DNA from: Epiperipatus broadwayi
Lineage: Eukaryota > Animalia > Onychophora
Assembly: GCA_028023455.1 (NCBI GenBank)
Contig: JAQFVV010000002.1
Coordinates: 24,986,001 to 25,050,000 of the forward strand
Direction: 5' to 3'
DNA: 64,000 bases
The translations under genes and the position numbers were made by a program. Of this stretch, positions 49,896 through 63,900 are shown piece by piece. The notes beneath the pieces are model-generated. The model was not told where the DNA came from. It saw only the letters and a program-made list of their open reading frames with translations, and did no database searches. Each line of letters starts with the position of its first letter. Position 1 is the first letter of the stretch.

Positions 49896-51859
49896 GCTAT
49901 TATGGCAGATATAGATGTTAAGTTTATATTAAATTAAAGCAAAAAAGGTTGCTTTTTTAAAAAAAAAATAGAAGTACTGAAACAAAACAAAAAATCCCAT
50001 GCAATTTTTTTTTTTTTTTTGCAACAAAGAGAAACAAAAAAATGTTAAACTATATGATCACATAGTCTTTATAATAGATAAGTTACTGCATTATTAAATA
50101 AAAATAAAGATTTTTTTTTTTTTTTTTAAATGTATTGTTTTAATTTTGTCATATATAAATCTTTAATCAGAGAAAATATTTGTTGACATTTCTTATTATT
50201 CAAATAAGAGTTTACCAAAGCAAAAACAAAAAATCCTTTGCAAATTTTAAGATCTTTACAGTAAAGATGCACAAAAAAACTTTACAACTACATTATTTGT
50301 ATATGATTTGTATTTGTTTTTGAATGAAGTTTTTAAAAAAAATATTTGAGAATCTGTAGATAAAAATGTTGATATAATTTTATAGATAGTTATGTTGAGA
50401 AAAACTGAAAAATCCCATTTGAATCATCAGCGTTGAAGTTGATAGCATTTAACGATAATGAGAAAATTTAAATATCAGGTGGATGCTAAATGCAAAACTA
50501 TCTCGTTCCGATATTTTAAGTAGGGGGGAGAAAATGTTTCTTTTTTTTAACTTCATGTCAAAATATTGATTGTTGTGAAATTTAAAATGTTATCCTTCAG
50601 CTAGATTTCTTCTATAGATACTCAGTTGTAAGAACTCTTGTGTAATTTATTGAGAGGGCTTTTTTCAAATTTTTTTAAATTATCAAATAATAATAAACTA
50701 TTATTTGGTCTGAATTATTATTCTCTCAACAATTATAAAAAATCCACTAATATAATTATAAGTAATTCAACCTTTAAAATGCTGACAAGTTAATAAAGAG
50801 AAAAGAGCTTTGAATTTTCTATTTGTGAAATGTTATTTTCACGGTTTGTAATTACATTGCAATTAAGACTTGAACAATATTAGTTTAAAACATAATAATG
50901 TTAGAGGTTTGACTAAAATTGAAAATTACAACTTTTTTAACTATAAAATATTTTACTTTATCTTATAAACAAACTTATAAAGCTCTTCTCTCATTTAGAT
51001 AGAAATCACTTTTGGAATTATTTATGATAAATTGATAGAAAACTGGAATAAGAAAAATAAAATGTTTTGTTAAATTTAACAGCTTATCTGGAATTATTCT
51101 GTCCATTTTTAATTATTCTACATTGTAATGTAAAAGAGTAGTGTGTTTAAATGGTCATTTTCTAATAAATCATTAGAAAAATTGCTTATAATAAAATTAC
51201 AGTTTTCAAAGTTATTATGGTATGAGAAAATGCTTTGTTGTTGTTGTTTTTAATGCAATACTACAAATGACTTGAATTTGCCATTAATTTAAACTTATTA
51301 TCTATTTAAAATATAAAACTTGAATAAATTATATTAATTCATCATTATAATTAATATTGTTCTCAACTAAAATTAATTAAAATAAACATCTAATGTTTTT
51401 TGTGTGAGTTTTTATAATGCTTAAAGCACTTTTATTTTTTAAATTATTTAATCGATAGAATATATCTCAAATATCCATTGAACCTGAAACTTTCATTAGT
51501 GTTTTATTTTTTAATATGTAAATAGTAAAAAAAAATTCATTAAAGTCAAAACAAAATGAAAACTATTTTTATATTTGTCATTTGTTATATCATAATACAG
51601 TAGTGTTTACTGACATTATACTTATTAATATGTGAATTTTATTCAAATTCAGTCAAATGATTATTACAGTTAATATTTCATTGTTTGTTGTTTGGGTTTT
51701 TTACCAAAATTAATCAATTATATTTCACCCAGTAAAAGTCATTCTCTTGATTTTTTAAATAACTAAAACTTTTTTCACAATATAATTATAAATTAAATAA
51801 AATTATCACAAATTTAAAATTAAACAAAACTAGTCAAAGAAAAGAAAAAATCTATATCA

Positions 51860-53930
51860 CAACCAATGGTTTCCTTACCAAAGCAGACTTATCAAATGCA
51901 AAGAACTAAAAAACATAACAAATATATATTATCTACAATTCCCAGTTACATTCCACACATCTTTAATAGTAAAAGATTTCTTAAACAAATTAATTGCTTC
52001 AGAATCATAAATTTTTAATAATAAAGATTTCTCTTTTTTTTTTTTTTTCATTTATTTCAAAGAAAACAACTTGTATATTTTTCATGGATATATAAAGTAG
52101 AATTAGGATTTTTTTTTTTTTTTTAACCTTTTATGAATTTTTATTTTTCATTTCAGCCCAAATTACTCTGACTATATACAACTGTTTACAAAAGCAAATG
52201 ATAATACACATTATTCCAGGGATAAAAATATCTTTGGTATTATTTAATAAATTATTTAAGATACCATCTTTCAAATAATTTTTTTATCATCAAACAAATT
52301 AATATTCTTACTTAATTTTATAAGATAATTTAAATGGCAAATAGATAAAAATTATATTTTTTCTTTATCCTTCACATTATTACAATTATTAACAGAACTA
52401 TAATTGCTATTTGACAAATTTACTCTCAAATAATCTTTATAAAATTGACCTCTTTTGAAACAAAGCACACTTATTAGAACTATTTAATGCTCTGATTTCT
52501 ATAGCAATAATTTTTTAAAGCATATATTTTATTGGAGACATTGATAGATATCAGAATGAATTATAGATCTTAAATTCTTACTTTTAACATAATGACTACA
52601 TATCAAACAATTGTCCTTTAAATCTTTTATCACCAATAAATCTAAAAATTATAATTTAATAAAATCTAATGCCCACCCCCGCCATATTTTATAGAAGGAT
52701 TAAAATGATTAAATTTTCTTAACAGTTTTGTAATTTATCATTTTCAACTAAAATAAACAATCATCACCATATCTAACAAATAACTTTAAATATAGGTAAA
52801 GTATAATTAATAATTTTCTTTTCCAAATAAAATAACTGACAATTTAAAGGAGAAATAATATAATCTATTATCCATCCTTAATCTTATAAAACTTACTATT
52901 ATAAGTAAACTACATAGAATTCCCCAATAATAAGAGCAAATCTTTAATAACTTCAATTTTATTCTCAGATAAATATCTATTATTAATCAGCAAAGAAATA
53001 AGAATTTCAGTACTACTTAATTTATTAATGGATTGATACATGTTCTCAATACCTAAACTATTAAATAACCAATTATTTTCCATTTTAAAACTTAATCTTA
53101 TCAATAACTTCACAAGAAGAATCAGAATAATGACTAAAATTGACAAATTGTTATAAAAAATTATTCAAGAACTTAGAAATCCCTTCAGCAATATTATCAG
53201 TATAATCAAAAATAAATCTTAATGGAAAATCTTTGTAAGTTTTATTATTCATAAGTATCTTACTGATATGACTTCATTAGGATAACATTTTAAACATTCT
53301 CTTAATAATTTTTAAATTTTGTATTTTCTTCATAATACATAATAACTTTTAATCACATTACCAGGATCTTTTCTTAAGATCATATAATTAGCATTATTTA
53401 ATTCTTTATCACTTTTCTCCCTAAAATCATTTTCTTTCATAATGACATAACGGTCAGCTTTCTCTTTACAAGAAATAATCACATCAGCAATTAACCTATC
53501 CTTAAAATATCTAATCTCAGCAGGATTAATAATAAACTTTTATTTAAAACCAATTGAATACTAATTTTTTTGTTCATCAATTAAATTTTTGGATTCAATA
53601 GATGAAATTGTATCAAAAATTATATTTTTTGAATGAAAGGAGACAAAATTAAGACTTTTACTAAGAATTTCTAATTCTCTTTCATCTAACTTAATATCAG
53701 AAAGCTTAACAACTTTATTAATTTTTATTTTTACTTCCTATAATAGAATTTTAAATGATTTATTCTAAATTGCTTAATGAAAAATTTAAAATAGAATAAT
53801 TAAAATTTTGTCACATCTAAGTTGTTCCTATTTTGTATTCAGAAATAAATCTGTAAAATCTAATAAAATTCTCTTTCAGTAAATATGTTTAAACATTTGT
53901 TAATTCGAGAAGTTTCTATACTTTCTAAGA
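51860..53930 (-). mobile_element. Decayed Penelope-like retroelement (RT plus GIY-YIG), antisense to SF1, intron 5
   Basis: Minus-strand motifs in PLE order: ELEILSKSLNF (~53650), KADRYVIMKENDFREK (~53450), FTYNSKFYKIKDG (~52890), LFVRYGDDCLF (~52770), FNPSIK, FLDLLV, GIY-YIG-like GI..IIC.C..LYI(G)QS (~52150-52220), and a terminal hammerhead-like relic TGATAAGTCTGCTTTGGTAAGGAAAC (51868-51896). Confidence 0.75.
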
Positions 53931-53944
53931 TTAAGTATACAAGT

Positions 53945-54078
53945 CTTCTGGCATCCATTGATTACTCTGGCTTGCACTGAGTGGCGCTACTGTATAGAGA
54001 GTTTTGCCTATTTTAATAACAGTTATGAGCAGGCATAAAAAATGGTGATCATGTGATGTGTAGTGGTTTAAGTATACA
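53945..54078 (+). repeat. Fragment of the hammerhead-bearing ~450-bp repeat family
   Basis: GCATCCATTGATTAC..GCTTGCACT..CTACTGTATAGAGAGTTT...AAATGGTGATCATGTGATG matches 31700-31754 and the reverse complement of 31270-31345. Shorter pieces lie at 9961-10010 and 26168-26202. Confidence 0.8.
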
Positions 54079-54537
54079 ACTTGTAGGAAAAATATTAAAT
54101 TCCCTACATTTTTTAAGAAAATAAATTGCTATCTTAAGGATTTATCATTTAATCTAGTTTTTTTTTAATTTCTTATTAATATCACTCAAAGAAAAAAAAC
54201 TTAACCCATAATAAAATATAAACATAATCACAATAAACTCATACCCTTTTCCCACCCCCTTTTTTTAGAATATGATTTATTTTTTTAACATTAGCAACTA
54301 AAATTCTTTTTATTAGCTTACATTAATATATTTTAGCAATATTCTGTTTTCATCAAATCTATGCCACTTTGTAAGTTTTAGTAAATAATAGGATCTGATG
54401 ATAGTGCTTAATAAGAAAACTGAAATCTTGTGATAGAATTATGTGATATTGGCTTTATAACATTACTAATTGCTCTCACATATCTTTAGTAATCGAAAAT
54501 TCGTTTTATATTTATTTAAGGTTTATGAAATCTTATA

Positions 54538-55546
54538 CACCTGGGTCTCGTTTTATGCAGATTATTTTAATGCGAGTTTGAAGTTATGCAATTCATGTTT
54601 CTTCTTAATATCTTTCATATTTCACTATATTTATTAGATATGAAGAAATTTAAATTATTAATAACTTATTTTGACTTGAAATACTTTTTTTTTTTTTTTC
54701 AAAAATATAACGTTATATTAGCAGCTAACGTGAATATGGCCTGAAGCTGTATTTAGAATTTTAGCTTTTATGTAAATAATCTATTTATACTAATGAGTAA
54801 ATAATAATAATAGATTTATACTTGCATATAAAAATATTGCAATAAATATTCAAAAATTTTAAACTTTTAAAATGTATTTTGTTAGGTATAACAGAAATAA
54901 ATAATGTAGATTTTTAAAATAATGAAAATTTTATTGATTTTATAAACTGAACATAATATTTCTAATGATAATGTATAATCTTTTGTTTTGATTGTGATCT
55001 CATTTTTTTAATATAGGAACAAAATGTGAACATTTAAAATTTATTTCAGTAGTAAAAATCAGTTGTCAACAGAAAACCATTAACACAGCACAAGACTGAA
55101 ATTGGCACTAGTTGTGTAAATGGGATGGAGTGGAGAATGGAAAATAAAGTGGCTAACTAGTTTTTCTGGGCATAATTGCTGAGAGATTCTTGACTTCGTT
55201 CAAGGAGAAGCTACATCACATCGACGAATCTGATATCTTACCAGTTTACAAACAAACCGCATATTGTCAATAATACTGTAGTTAATAAAAAAAAAGTAAA
55301 AAAAGATTGTCTTGTATCAATTTTTTTCAAATATTTGATATTTTTTATTAGTCATACTTTATTTCCTTATTTTTTTAATGCGAATTTTAAAGTAATTTTT
55401 TCTTGTTGCTTTGCTTTTATGCGAATTCTGAAAATTACAGACCCTATCCCCCATTTTTCAAGGTAAATTAAGTTTATTTTTGTGCGATTTTTTTTAATGC
55501 AGGTTGTCTGTGGAACCTATCTACCACATAAAACAAGACCCAGGTG
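54538..55546. mobile_element. pogo/Tigger-like (Tc1/mariner) non-autonomous element, TA target duplication
   Basis: TA|CACCTGGGTCTCGTTTTATGC ... CATAAAACAAGACCCAGGTG|TA; subterminal TTTTATGCGAAT and GGAACCTA motifs typical of Tigger-like MITEs. Confidence 0.75.
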
Positions 55547-55731
55547 TATATAAGTTAATTGTAATATAATAAACTTTATATAATTATATAGTTTATTTTT
55601 TATTTTGTTCTTATTAAATAGTTATGGACTGACTAGCTTTTTTTTTTTGCCAATTTTAAATTTTTTGATTTTTCATATAAAATCAATTATTATTAAAGTT
55701 ATCATTTATTTGTCTTTTTTTTTTTTTTCAG

Positions 55732-55852
55732 ACCACCAGTAGTGCGAGTTAGTGATAAAGTAATGATTCCTCAAGAAGAACATCCAGATATTAACTTTGT
55801 TGGTCTCTTGATTGGCCCTCGTGGGAATACACTGAGAGCTATGGAAAAAGAG
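55732..55852 (+). CDS. SF1: SF1 coding exon 6, start of KH domain: (K)PPVVRVSDKVMIPQEEHPDINFVGLLIGPRGNTLRAMEKE
   Basis: STAR-family KH motif NFVGLLIGPRG; long T tract plus CAG acceptor; GAG|GTTATT donor, phase 0. I found no next exon before 64000. Confidence 0.97.
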
Positions 55853-57669
55853 GTTATTTTTAAGTCATAAAAATAAATTATAAACAAATTGAATGTTCTT
55901 TTGTTTCAAAATTAAATAATATTCTTATTAATCATAATGTAAAGTAAAACATTGTACTGCTTAGATTTCAGGTATAAGAGTCTGGTGATATATATTTTAA
56001 AAATTTGTTTAAATAATTAGGAAGCTGTAATCATATTTTTAAACTAAAAATTATAATGCATATATTATGGAAAGAATATAAGGGAGTACCCAAAAGTAAC
56101 CAAAATTTTATAATAAAAAAATTGTTTTTTAATTTTTAAGTGTTATAAATTTAATTTCTTCCAAATCATTATCCATTTTGATACAATACATCGTTTTAAA
56201 CTTCATTTTCATTTTTGAAAGTAGTTTGGAAACATTTACAAAATCATGCCTGCAGCTTTTTTTTTTTTGCCACTTCTAAGTCCACAAAATAAAATTTTTG
56301 AGGCATTTTTTCATTTGAGTACACGTAGCGAGATTGAGTGAATATGACTTATAGATAAGCTGGATCCTGCTGAATTTAATTTTAAAATGTTTCACATTCA
56401 TGTCTTTGAAAAATGATACTTTGTCGGGGTGAAACTTGCATTCTTCTCTTTGCCACAAAACAGGACATATACATTATATCGCATCACGTAAATGTTTCAG
56501 AACTTCCAAATAAAATGTCTGACTATTGTGAACTAAATCTGAGAGAAAAATGTTTGCATTGAAAAAAATCAGCGTTTTTTTTTTTTTTTTTTGACTTTGG
56601 ACTTCGCTTGCCATGCTTTTTAGAGGTGTAGTAAATTTAACATTTTAATTAAAACACTCATAAACATGTGTTTTTACAAGAACAGCTTGCTTGTAATCTG
56701 TTTTAAGCATTACAACTTTTTGCTGTAAATTTTACATAAACAGAAGTTCACATTGGTCAAACTTTTCATTGAAAAAATTACTAAATATGTGAAACACACT
56801 TTACAAAAAAGTGTGTTATATGGCACCATGATTTCACATGATGATGTCATTTGGCAGATTGATGCAGAAGGATTTCTGTAAGAAGTATGTAGCAGCAGTA
56901 ACATATACTACAACAGGCACGCAAACCAGAAAATGATTCTGGTTATTTTTGGGTCCCCCCTCATATATATACATAATGAAATAATTCACAAAAAAATCAT
57001 TTTAATGCATTAGCCTGTAATTTATTATAAATGCATATAATTTTATATGTATAGATAAAAAAAATTTAACTGAAAAGAGATTTTTAACAAATCTATTAAA
57101 AAACAATAATGTAAAAGCACTTTTATAGAATTTATAAATACATTTATATTTGGGTTATATTAAAGATTGCAAGTTGTAATTCATTTTTTGTATCAAATCG
57201 TGGTTGATATTTGATTCTAATTTTGAAAACCCAGTTTCATATAAATATACTAATGCAAATTGAATTAAAATTTTTATTGTCTTTTTCTTTAGTTCAAAAT
57301 AATTGTTTCCAAATTTCTGATGTGCCATGTTTTGACACTCAAAAGGTCATTTAGTTGTTTTTTTTTTTATTTAGAGATATTACAATTAAAAATATCATAT
57401 GAAAATAGATCATGAACCAATCTAATTTTTTATTTTGAAATTTGCAAAATGTTTTGAAAAGTTTTATCTTACAATACAAAGTGGTGTTTTTTAAATAACA
57501 GATTAATCTAAATGTTATTAATTTTGTTTTATGATATAATGTAAATGTGTCATTTGTTTTATTATGAGTAATATTTTCCTGATGTAAATAATGCTGGAAT
57601 AATATAAAAGAAAAATACATTATTGTTTTATTTTAAAACCTTATTACATATAAATTTCTTGAGAATTCC

Positions 57670-57715
57670 ATGACCCCCAAAAATTTGTTTGCAACCTGCA
57701 GGTTATATACCACTG
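57670..57715. mobile_element. Possible hAT (Charlie-like) right terminus
   Basis: GACCCC...GCAACCTGCAGGTTATATACCACTG resembles Charlie-type ends (..CAGGTTGAGAACCACTG); the partner end was not located. Confidence 0.3.
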
Positions 57716-57865
57716 ACTTATATTAACTACTTTTGCAAGAATACGTGTTATCTGTAACAAATTAATATAAACTTAAAAAAAGGTAATTTTTTTATAGCAA
57801 AGGTTGGTAATGGTGAGACGGCATAACTTGAATAAATACAATATTCTCTGCTGGAGTGTTTCACA

Positions 57866-60800
57866 TATCATCATCAACCATTATCAATCCACTGCAGGAT
57901 GAAGGTCTCTCCAAGTTCAATCCATCTTTTCCTATCTTTAGCTTCTCTTCTCCACATCACCCCGGCACACTTTCTTATTTCATCCATCCATCTCACATGT
58001 GGTCTCTTTCTGGGTCTTTTACAATCTCTTGGAATCCAGTTTAAAATTTTAATTGTCCATCTATTATCATCTCTTCTAGCAATATGTCCAGCCCAACTCC
58101 ACTTCAGTCTTTTAATTTTTTCCATGAGGTCAGTAAAACCTGTTTGTTCTCTTACCCATACATTGCGTTTTCGATCTCTTCTTGTTACTCCCAACATGCA
58201 TCTCTCCATACTTCTTTGAGTGGTCTGAAGTCTCTGTATTGCTCTTCTATTAAGTGTCCAAGTCTCAGATCCATAAGTAAGAACTGGCAAAACACATTTA
58301 TTAAAAACCTTCCTTTTCAAACACATAGGCATATTTCCTTTTAGTATCAAGTTATTTCTACCAAAAGCACTCCAACCAAGTTTAATTCTATGATTAATTT
58401 CATCCATTATGTTTCCATCTGTATTAATAATCTGACCAAGGTATTTGTAACTGTTAACTTCTTCTAACTCATCATAATCAATCTTTATTTTCATATTTTG
58501 AGAAAATCTATTAAACATTACTTTAGTCTTTTTAACATTTATCTTTAGTCCTACTTTCATCTGATAACTCCTGCAACATTTCCTGTAGCTCTAAAGCATT
58601 ATTTGCAAAAACAACTACATCATCTGCAAAATCTAAATGACTTAAATAATCTCCATTTACTTTCACTCCTTTAGCTTCCCATTTTAATCCACAAAATACT
58701 TCTTGCAGCACTGCTGTAAAAAGTTTTGGAGATATGGAGTCACCCTGTCTTACACCCTTTTCAATGTTGATTTTCCTACTATCATTATGTAATCTAATTG
58801 TTGCTGTTGCATTTTTATAAATATTCTTTAAAATATGACAATATCCTGGATCTACACCTTGATGATCCAATGCTTTAATCACTGAAGAAATGTTTATAGA
58901 ATCAAATGCCTTTTCATAATCTACAAATCCTAAGCATAATGGCAACTCATATTCATTTGTCCTTTCTATAACTTCTCTCAATACCTGGATATGATCTACT
59001 GTACTAAAACCACTTTTAAATCCAGCTTGTTCTCTTGGTTGGTGGAAATCCAGTGTTTTCTGTAGACGAGTTGTAATTATCTTAGTAAAAATTTTGTATA
59101 AAACTGATAAAAGACTGATAGGTCTGTAATTTCTAATATCTTCTTTATCACCTTTTTTAAATATTAATACTGCATTCTTCCAATCATCTGGTACATCTTT
59201 ATCATTTAGACATTTGGTATATAACTTTGCTAAAAAAATTTCTATTTCTTCACCTGCTTCTTTTAATATATCAATTATAATTCCATCATTACCTGGAGCC
59301 TTCCCTTTCTTCATAAATTTAATTGCATGTCTCACTTCCTCATTCAAAATTCTGGGCAATTTGGAAGATATAATAGGTATAGGAGGCACTTGTTCTTTAT
59401 TACTATATAATTCTTGATAGAAGTCTTCTACACATTTCATAATGTCATCTCTTTTTAGTAATAATGCCATCTTTTTTTCCTATTGCAGATATAAATTTCC
59501 TACCAATACCAAAATGTTGTTTTACACTCTTTAGACTTTTATTCTCTTCTACAGCTTTCCTTGCTAGTTCACAATTATACTTTCTTATATCATTTTCAAC
59601 TCTTTTCCGCACCATTTTACAAAATTTGAGATATTCAATCTTTTTTAATGCATCATTGTTGTATATCCTCATATTCCTTCTTTTCTTCATAAATTCTCTA
59701 GTCTCAGTAGAAATTTTATTGGTCAATTGCTGCTTTTTTCTACCAGCTATCTTTGTTGCAGTTTTTAAAAGTGTATCAGTTATTTTCCTATTAATGTCAT
59801 TCAAATCTGAATCATGTTCAAAATCTACTAATACTTGAAACCGATTTGTAAGTTCTAATTTAAATTCATTAGAATGTTTCTGAAGATTAGGAATATCAAC
59901 TGTAAATATTGTTTTTTTTAATAATTTTTGTCTCTCTAGTTTTGCATTAACATGTATCTTACATCTTACTAATTGATGATCACTTCCTGTGTTAAATTTA
60001 TTAAGAACATTACAATCTTGAAATATGTATTTTCTGTTAGTCAAAATATAATCCAATTCTGCTGTACCTTCATTTGGATGCTTCCATGTCCATTTCCTTT
60101 TAACATTTTTCTCAAAAAAACAATTCATAATATAAAGTTTTTTTTTTTCTGCAAACTCCACAAGTCTATGTCCTCTCTCATTTCTATTACCATAACCAAA
60201 ATTACCTACAGCATTTTCATCTTTCATTTGTTTACCAATTCTAGCATTAAAGTCTCCCATAACAATTTTAAAATGTTGTTTACTCTGATCAAAAGCCTTT
60301 TGTACATCCATATAAAAATCTTCTATAACTTCATCACTATGAGAACTTGTTGGGGCATAAACCTGAATTATCTGCATTTGGTATCTGCTATTAAGTTGTA
60401 AAACTAATCTTGACACTCTGTCCAATGCACCATCAATCTCCACAATGTTATTCTTCCATTTTTTATTTATAATGAATCCTACTCCACTTGTATTTCCAAT
60501 ATTTGTGCCTTTATAGTAGAGTATATGTCCACTTTTTAAATCAATTGTTTCTTCACCTTTTCTTCTAACTTCACAAAGTCCAATAATGTCCCATTTAATA
60601 TAAGACAGTTCTTCTAACTCTTGCAATCTTCCTTCACTTGAAAGTGATCTGCAGTTGTAAGTACCTAAATAAAAAGTCGTCATCAAATGGCAGCCTGAGT
60701 CCGCAATCAGGGGATTCTTAGCACCTTCCCTCCGCCTTCGGCCACCAGCCGCTGCCTTGGTTGGTGACTTTACAGCCTCCTGGGAATAAGAGTCATGATT

Positions 60801-60970
60801 TATTTTTGTCTGTCATGATTGTATATATTGGAAAAAATATTCGTAAACTCGGAGGTAAATAGCCAATAAACTTACCACGCTGGCTAATGCGTGTTATTGA
60901 GCAGCCCATCCATGTTCGTATACTATATGAATAAACACCTAGTAATAACAGCTGCAACGACAAGAACGTA
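57866..60970 (-). mobile_element. Near-full-length, young RTE-clade LINE (AP endonuclease plus RT in one ORF split by two frameshifts)
   Basis: ORFs 59445..60686 (GTYNCRSL, GLCEVRR, QVYAPT, GDFNA, ELDYIL, SDH), 58532..59470 (RPISLLS, QAGF, DYEKAFDS, RQGDSISP, FADD) and 57874..58560 (YLGQ, YGSETW, KWSWAGHIAR..RW). Short (TGA)n tail at the stop; GC-rich 5' UTR; 5' boundary approximate. Confidence 0.95.
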
Positions 60971-63900
60971 TGGAGTGGACATGAACTTTTATTGTCCATT
61001 ACCTTCATGTATCAATAATTGATACTTTTTATATTGAATTGCTTTCATGAAAATTTTTTCATTAATTTATTTCCAGTAAGTCTCATTTAGCTAAATTTAA
61101 TGAATCTTCTTCATTAAAAGTGTCTTAAGCTTTGCAGCAGGAGAAAATTGAAAAAAGTCTAAATAATCAATTTAAGAATAAAATGTATATACTGTTATAA
61201 ATAATAAGTGTGCTCATGTCTATATGATTTTGATAATGTAAGTAAAATGTCATTGCGGAAAGTAATTACCACACAATAGTTACATAATTATTCACTCTAG
61301 CAAAATTTACAAGAAATTAGCATGGGTTTTAATTATTTATGTTAATTAACCAAATATATATGCCACAAAAAAAAAAAACAGTAACAGATGAGGGGCATGC
61401 GTACAGAAGTAAAATATACCCTTAAAAGATGTTTATATTAGATTCTCCTCAAGGATTATTAATTAGTTTTGTTTATATATATGAGTATAATAAATTCATG
61501 TTTATTTTTATTTATTTTATGTTAGTTGTTTAACTGCAACCTGCCTGATATGTATATAATCCTGGCATATACTACAAAGTATATATTAATTATTTTCATC
61601 CTAATATTTTTTGGCAATTTTAACTTTCAAGCTCGGCTAAAATAGTGATGCTACTTATATATATATTGAATCCGTTGGTGGGTTTATTCGATCACTGAGG
61701 GAGTGAACAAAATCTATATACTTTAACTCTTTAATACAATAACTTTATGAAGGCAAAATTATAAGACTGACATAATTTATTATTAATATATTTGATCTTC
61801 ACCTGATGCAATGTACGTATTGCTCCACCATGGCCCCTTAGGCAGAGAAGAGAGTACTCAAAGAGCACCTGTATCCAAGCCAGTAGATATATGTGTAAAA
61901 TATATCTAACTGACCACATTTGAAGGAAACAGATTTCTTCTCGACTGTTGTTGAATTCAACACCTATCATTCAAAGCACATTTGTTTCGGAGTAAACCCC
62001 AGGTGCCAGTTAGCTACAAGACTAACATGTTTTGAATGATGGCAGCCTAATTCAATGCCTAAGCTAACCCATAACTAGATCACTTAATTGTAATAGACAA
62101 CAAATTGTTGCTTTAATGAGTGGTAAAAAGAATTGACCGACAAGCTTTAAGTTTAAAAATAATTTATCTAACTAAACATTTATTCTTCTGATTTTTAGAC
62201 TACTTATTTAAATCAGACAATGATAATTACCTATACTGACCACACACACACTTTGAATTCATATAATGAACTAGAATATAATACAAGCATTAAATAATAT
62301 TTGACGTTTAAATATATACATGAAATCAATATAAAATATTCTCAACCATTAACATACACGACGTTTCAAAACAAGCACATCAACAGTTGTTTATGCAAGC
62401 TATAGAGTTCACTATTATTTGACTCTGGTAGGCTTCAAACTATTGCAATGGTTACTTTAAATGGAAATAAGAAAATGTTGTTATTTAGGATATTAGAACA
62501 TGGATATTTCTTGCTGTTTGCTGTGAACTTTATTTTCAATAGGACTTTTGTCTTCTTACTGGTTACTTCACGTGAAAATATTTCCTGCCGGCTGGATTCG
62601 AGGTTTTATGCTTAGTTTTCCTTGGCATTATTCTTAGATACAGTTAGACATCACGCGGCTTCAGATTGTTATGCAGGCATCGTTTTTATCGGGCAAATTG
62701 CTGATCTTCCGTTAGACTAAGGACTGGAGCGAAAGTCATACGATTCCGATGACAATTAGCACTGCATTTTCTTTATTAACAAATATATGAGAAGATTGAC
62801 AGAGAACTGATTTAATTCAATTGTGATCTCACTGAACTAAATTGATTGTCCGATGAAAAAACTGGACTCTTTATTAGGATGTCAATTTGGTGTCCGCCAG
62901 CTATATTTATTATCGAAATTCCTTAGATAAGCTTTTAATCCTGTTGTTGGAGATCTTTTAATTAGTGGCCATTGCAACTTGTTTTTGTGGATTTTTAATT
63001 AGTAGCCATTGCATGTTTTGTTTTTACATTTTAACTCCTGTATCATTTTTTAATATTTAACACGCACATTTATTTTATCAACACACACGCGTTTATTATA
63101 TTTTATCAACACACGCACTTATTATATTTACAATCATTCACGATTAACACACATATTTTAAAATTAACTCACTATTTAGTTTTTCAGATTACTTTCCTTT
63201 TTTCTTTAATAATTTAAACGTAAAGAGATATATGTTTTAATTTATGTAAAAGATTCATTGAAACCGCTATAGTTTTAACCTTTTCTAAGCCAAATTCTCT
63301 CCCCCGAATTACTTTTAAATTAATTAATTGTAACTTTTATTTCAAACTACTAATAATAGAAGAAAAAAACTCTTTAGACTTTCAGTTTTATGTTTCGAAA
63401 GCAAACTGCATTTTGTTTAATAAAAAATTTTAGATTTTTATAAACTTATTTATTGATTTATTAACCTTCGCGTTATTTATGAGAATTTTATTTTAATAAT
63501 TTTAGACAACAATTTTAGTGTTACATTACCCTTTCCTCCGTTTGAGAGTAAAATGTGTCATTTTTGAGCATTTTATAACTTTTAATTCTTAAATCTAAAA
63601 TATTTGCATGCATTTTTTATTTCTCTTAAGTTTACTTTTCTCTATCTAAACTATACATGCCAAGAGCAATCTGTTTGGTTGTACATTTCTTCCTTTTATG
63701 CTGACAACATTGCTATCAGTGATCCTGTACTGGATAATGACCTCCAGGACAGCACTTTTTCGTGATACAGGGATTTTGAATGACGCGGTTGCAGAGTTGC
63801 TGGCTTACACCGACTTACTCGTATTTGAAACGAAGCTTCATTTGCCAGTTTTTCTACCACATTTTGGAATATGAAATATGGGGACTCTCCCCTGAAGAAC

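Noticed and set aside
56270-56460. Minus-strand ORF as a hAT transposase fragment
   Set aside because: Resemblance too vague.
57856-60401. Several plus-strand ORFs (62-142 aa)
   Set aside because: Antisense shadows of the RTE ORF.
60965-60985. TGGAGTG..ACAT as a target-site duplication of the RTE (cf. 57852-57866)
   Set aside because: Only a partial match; cannot be called.
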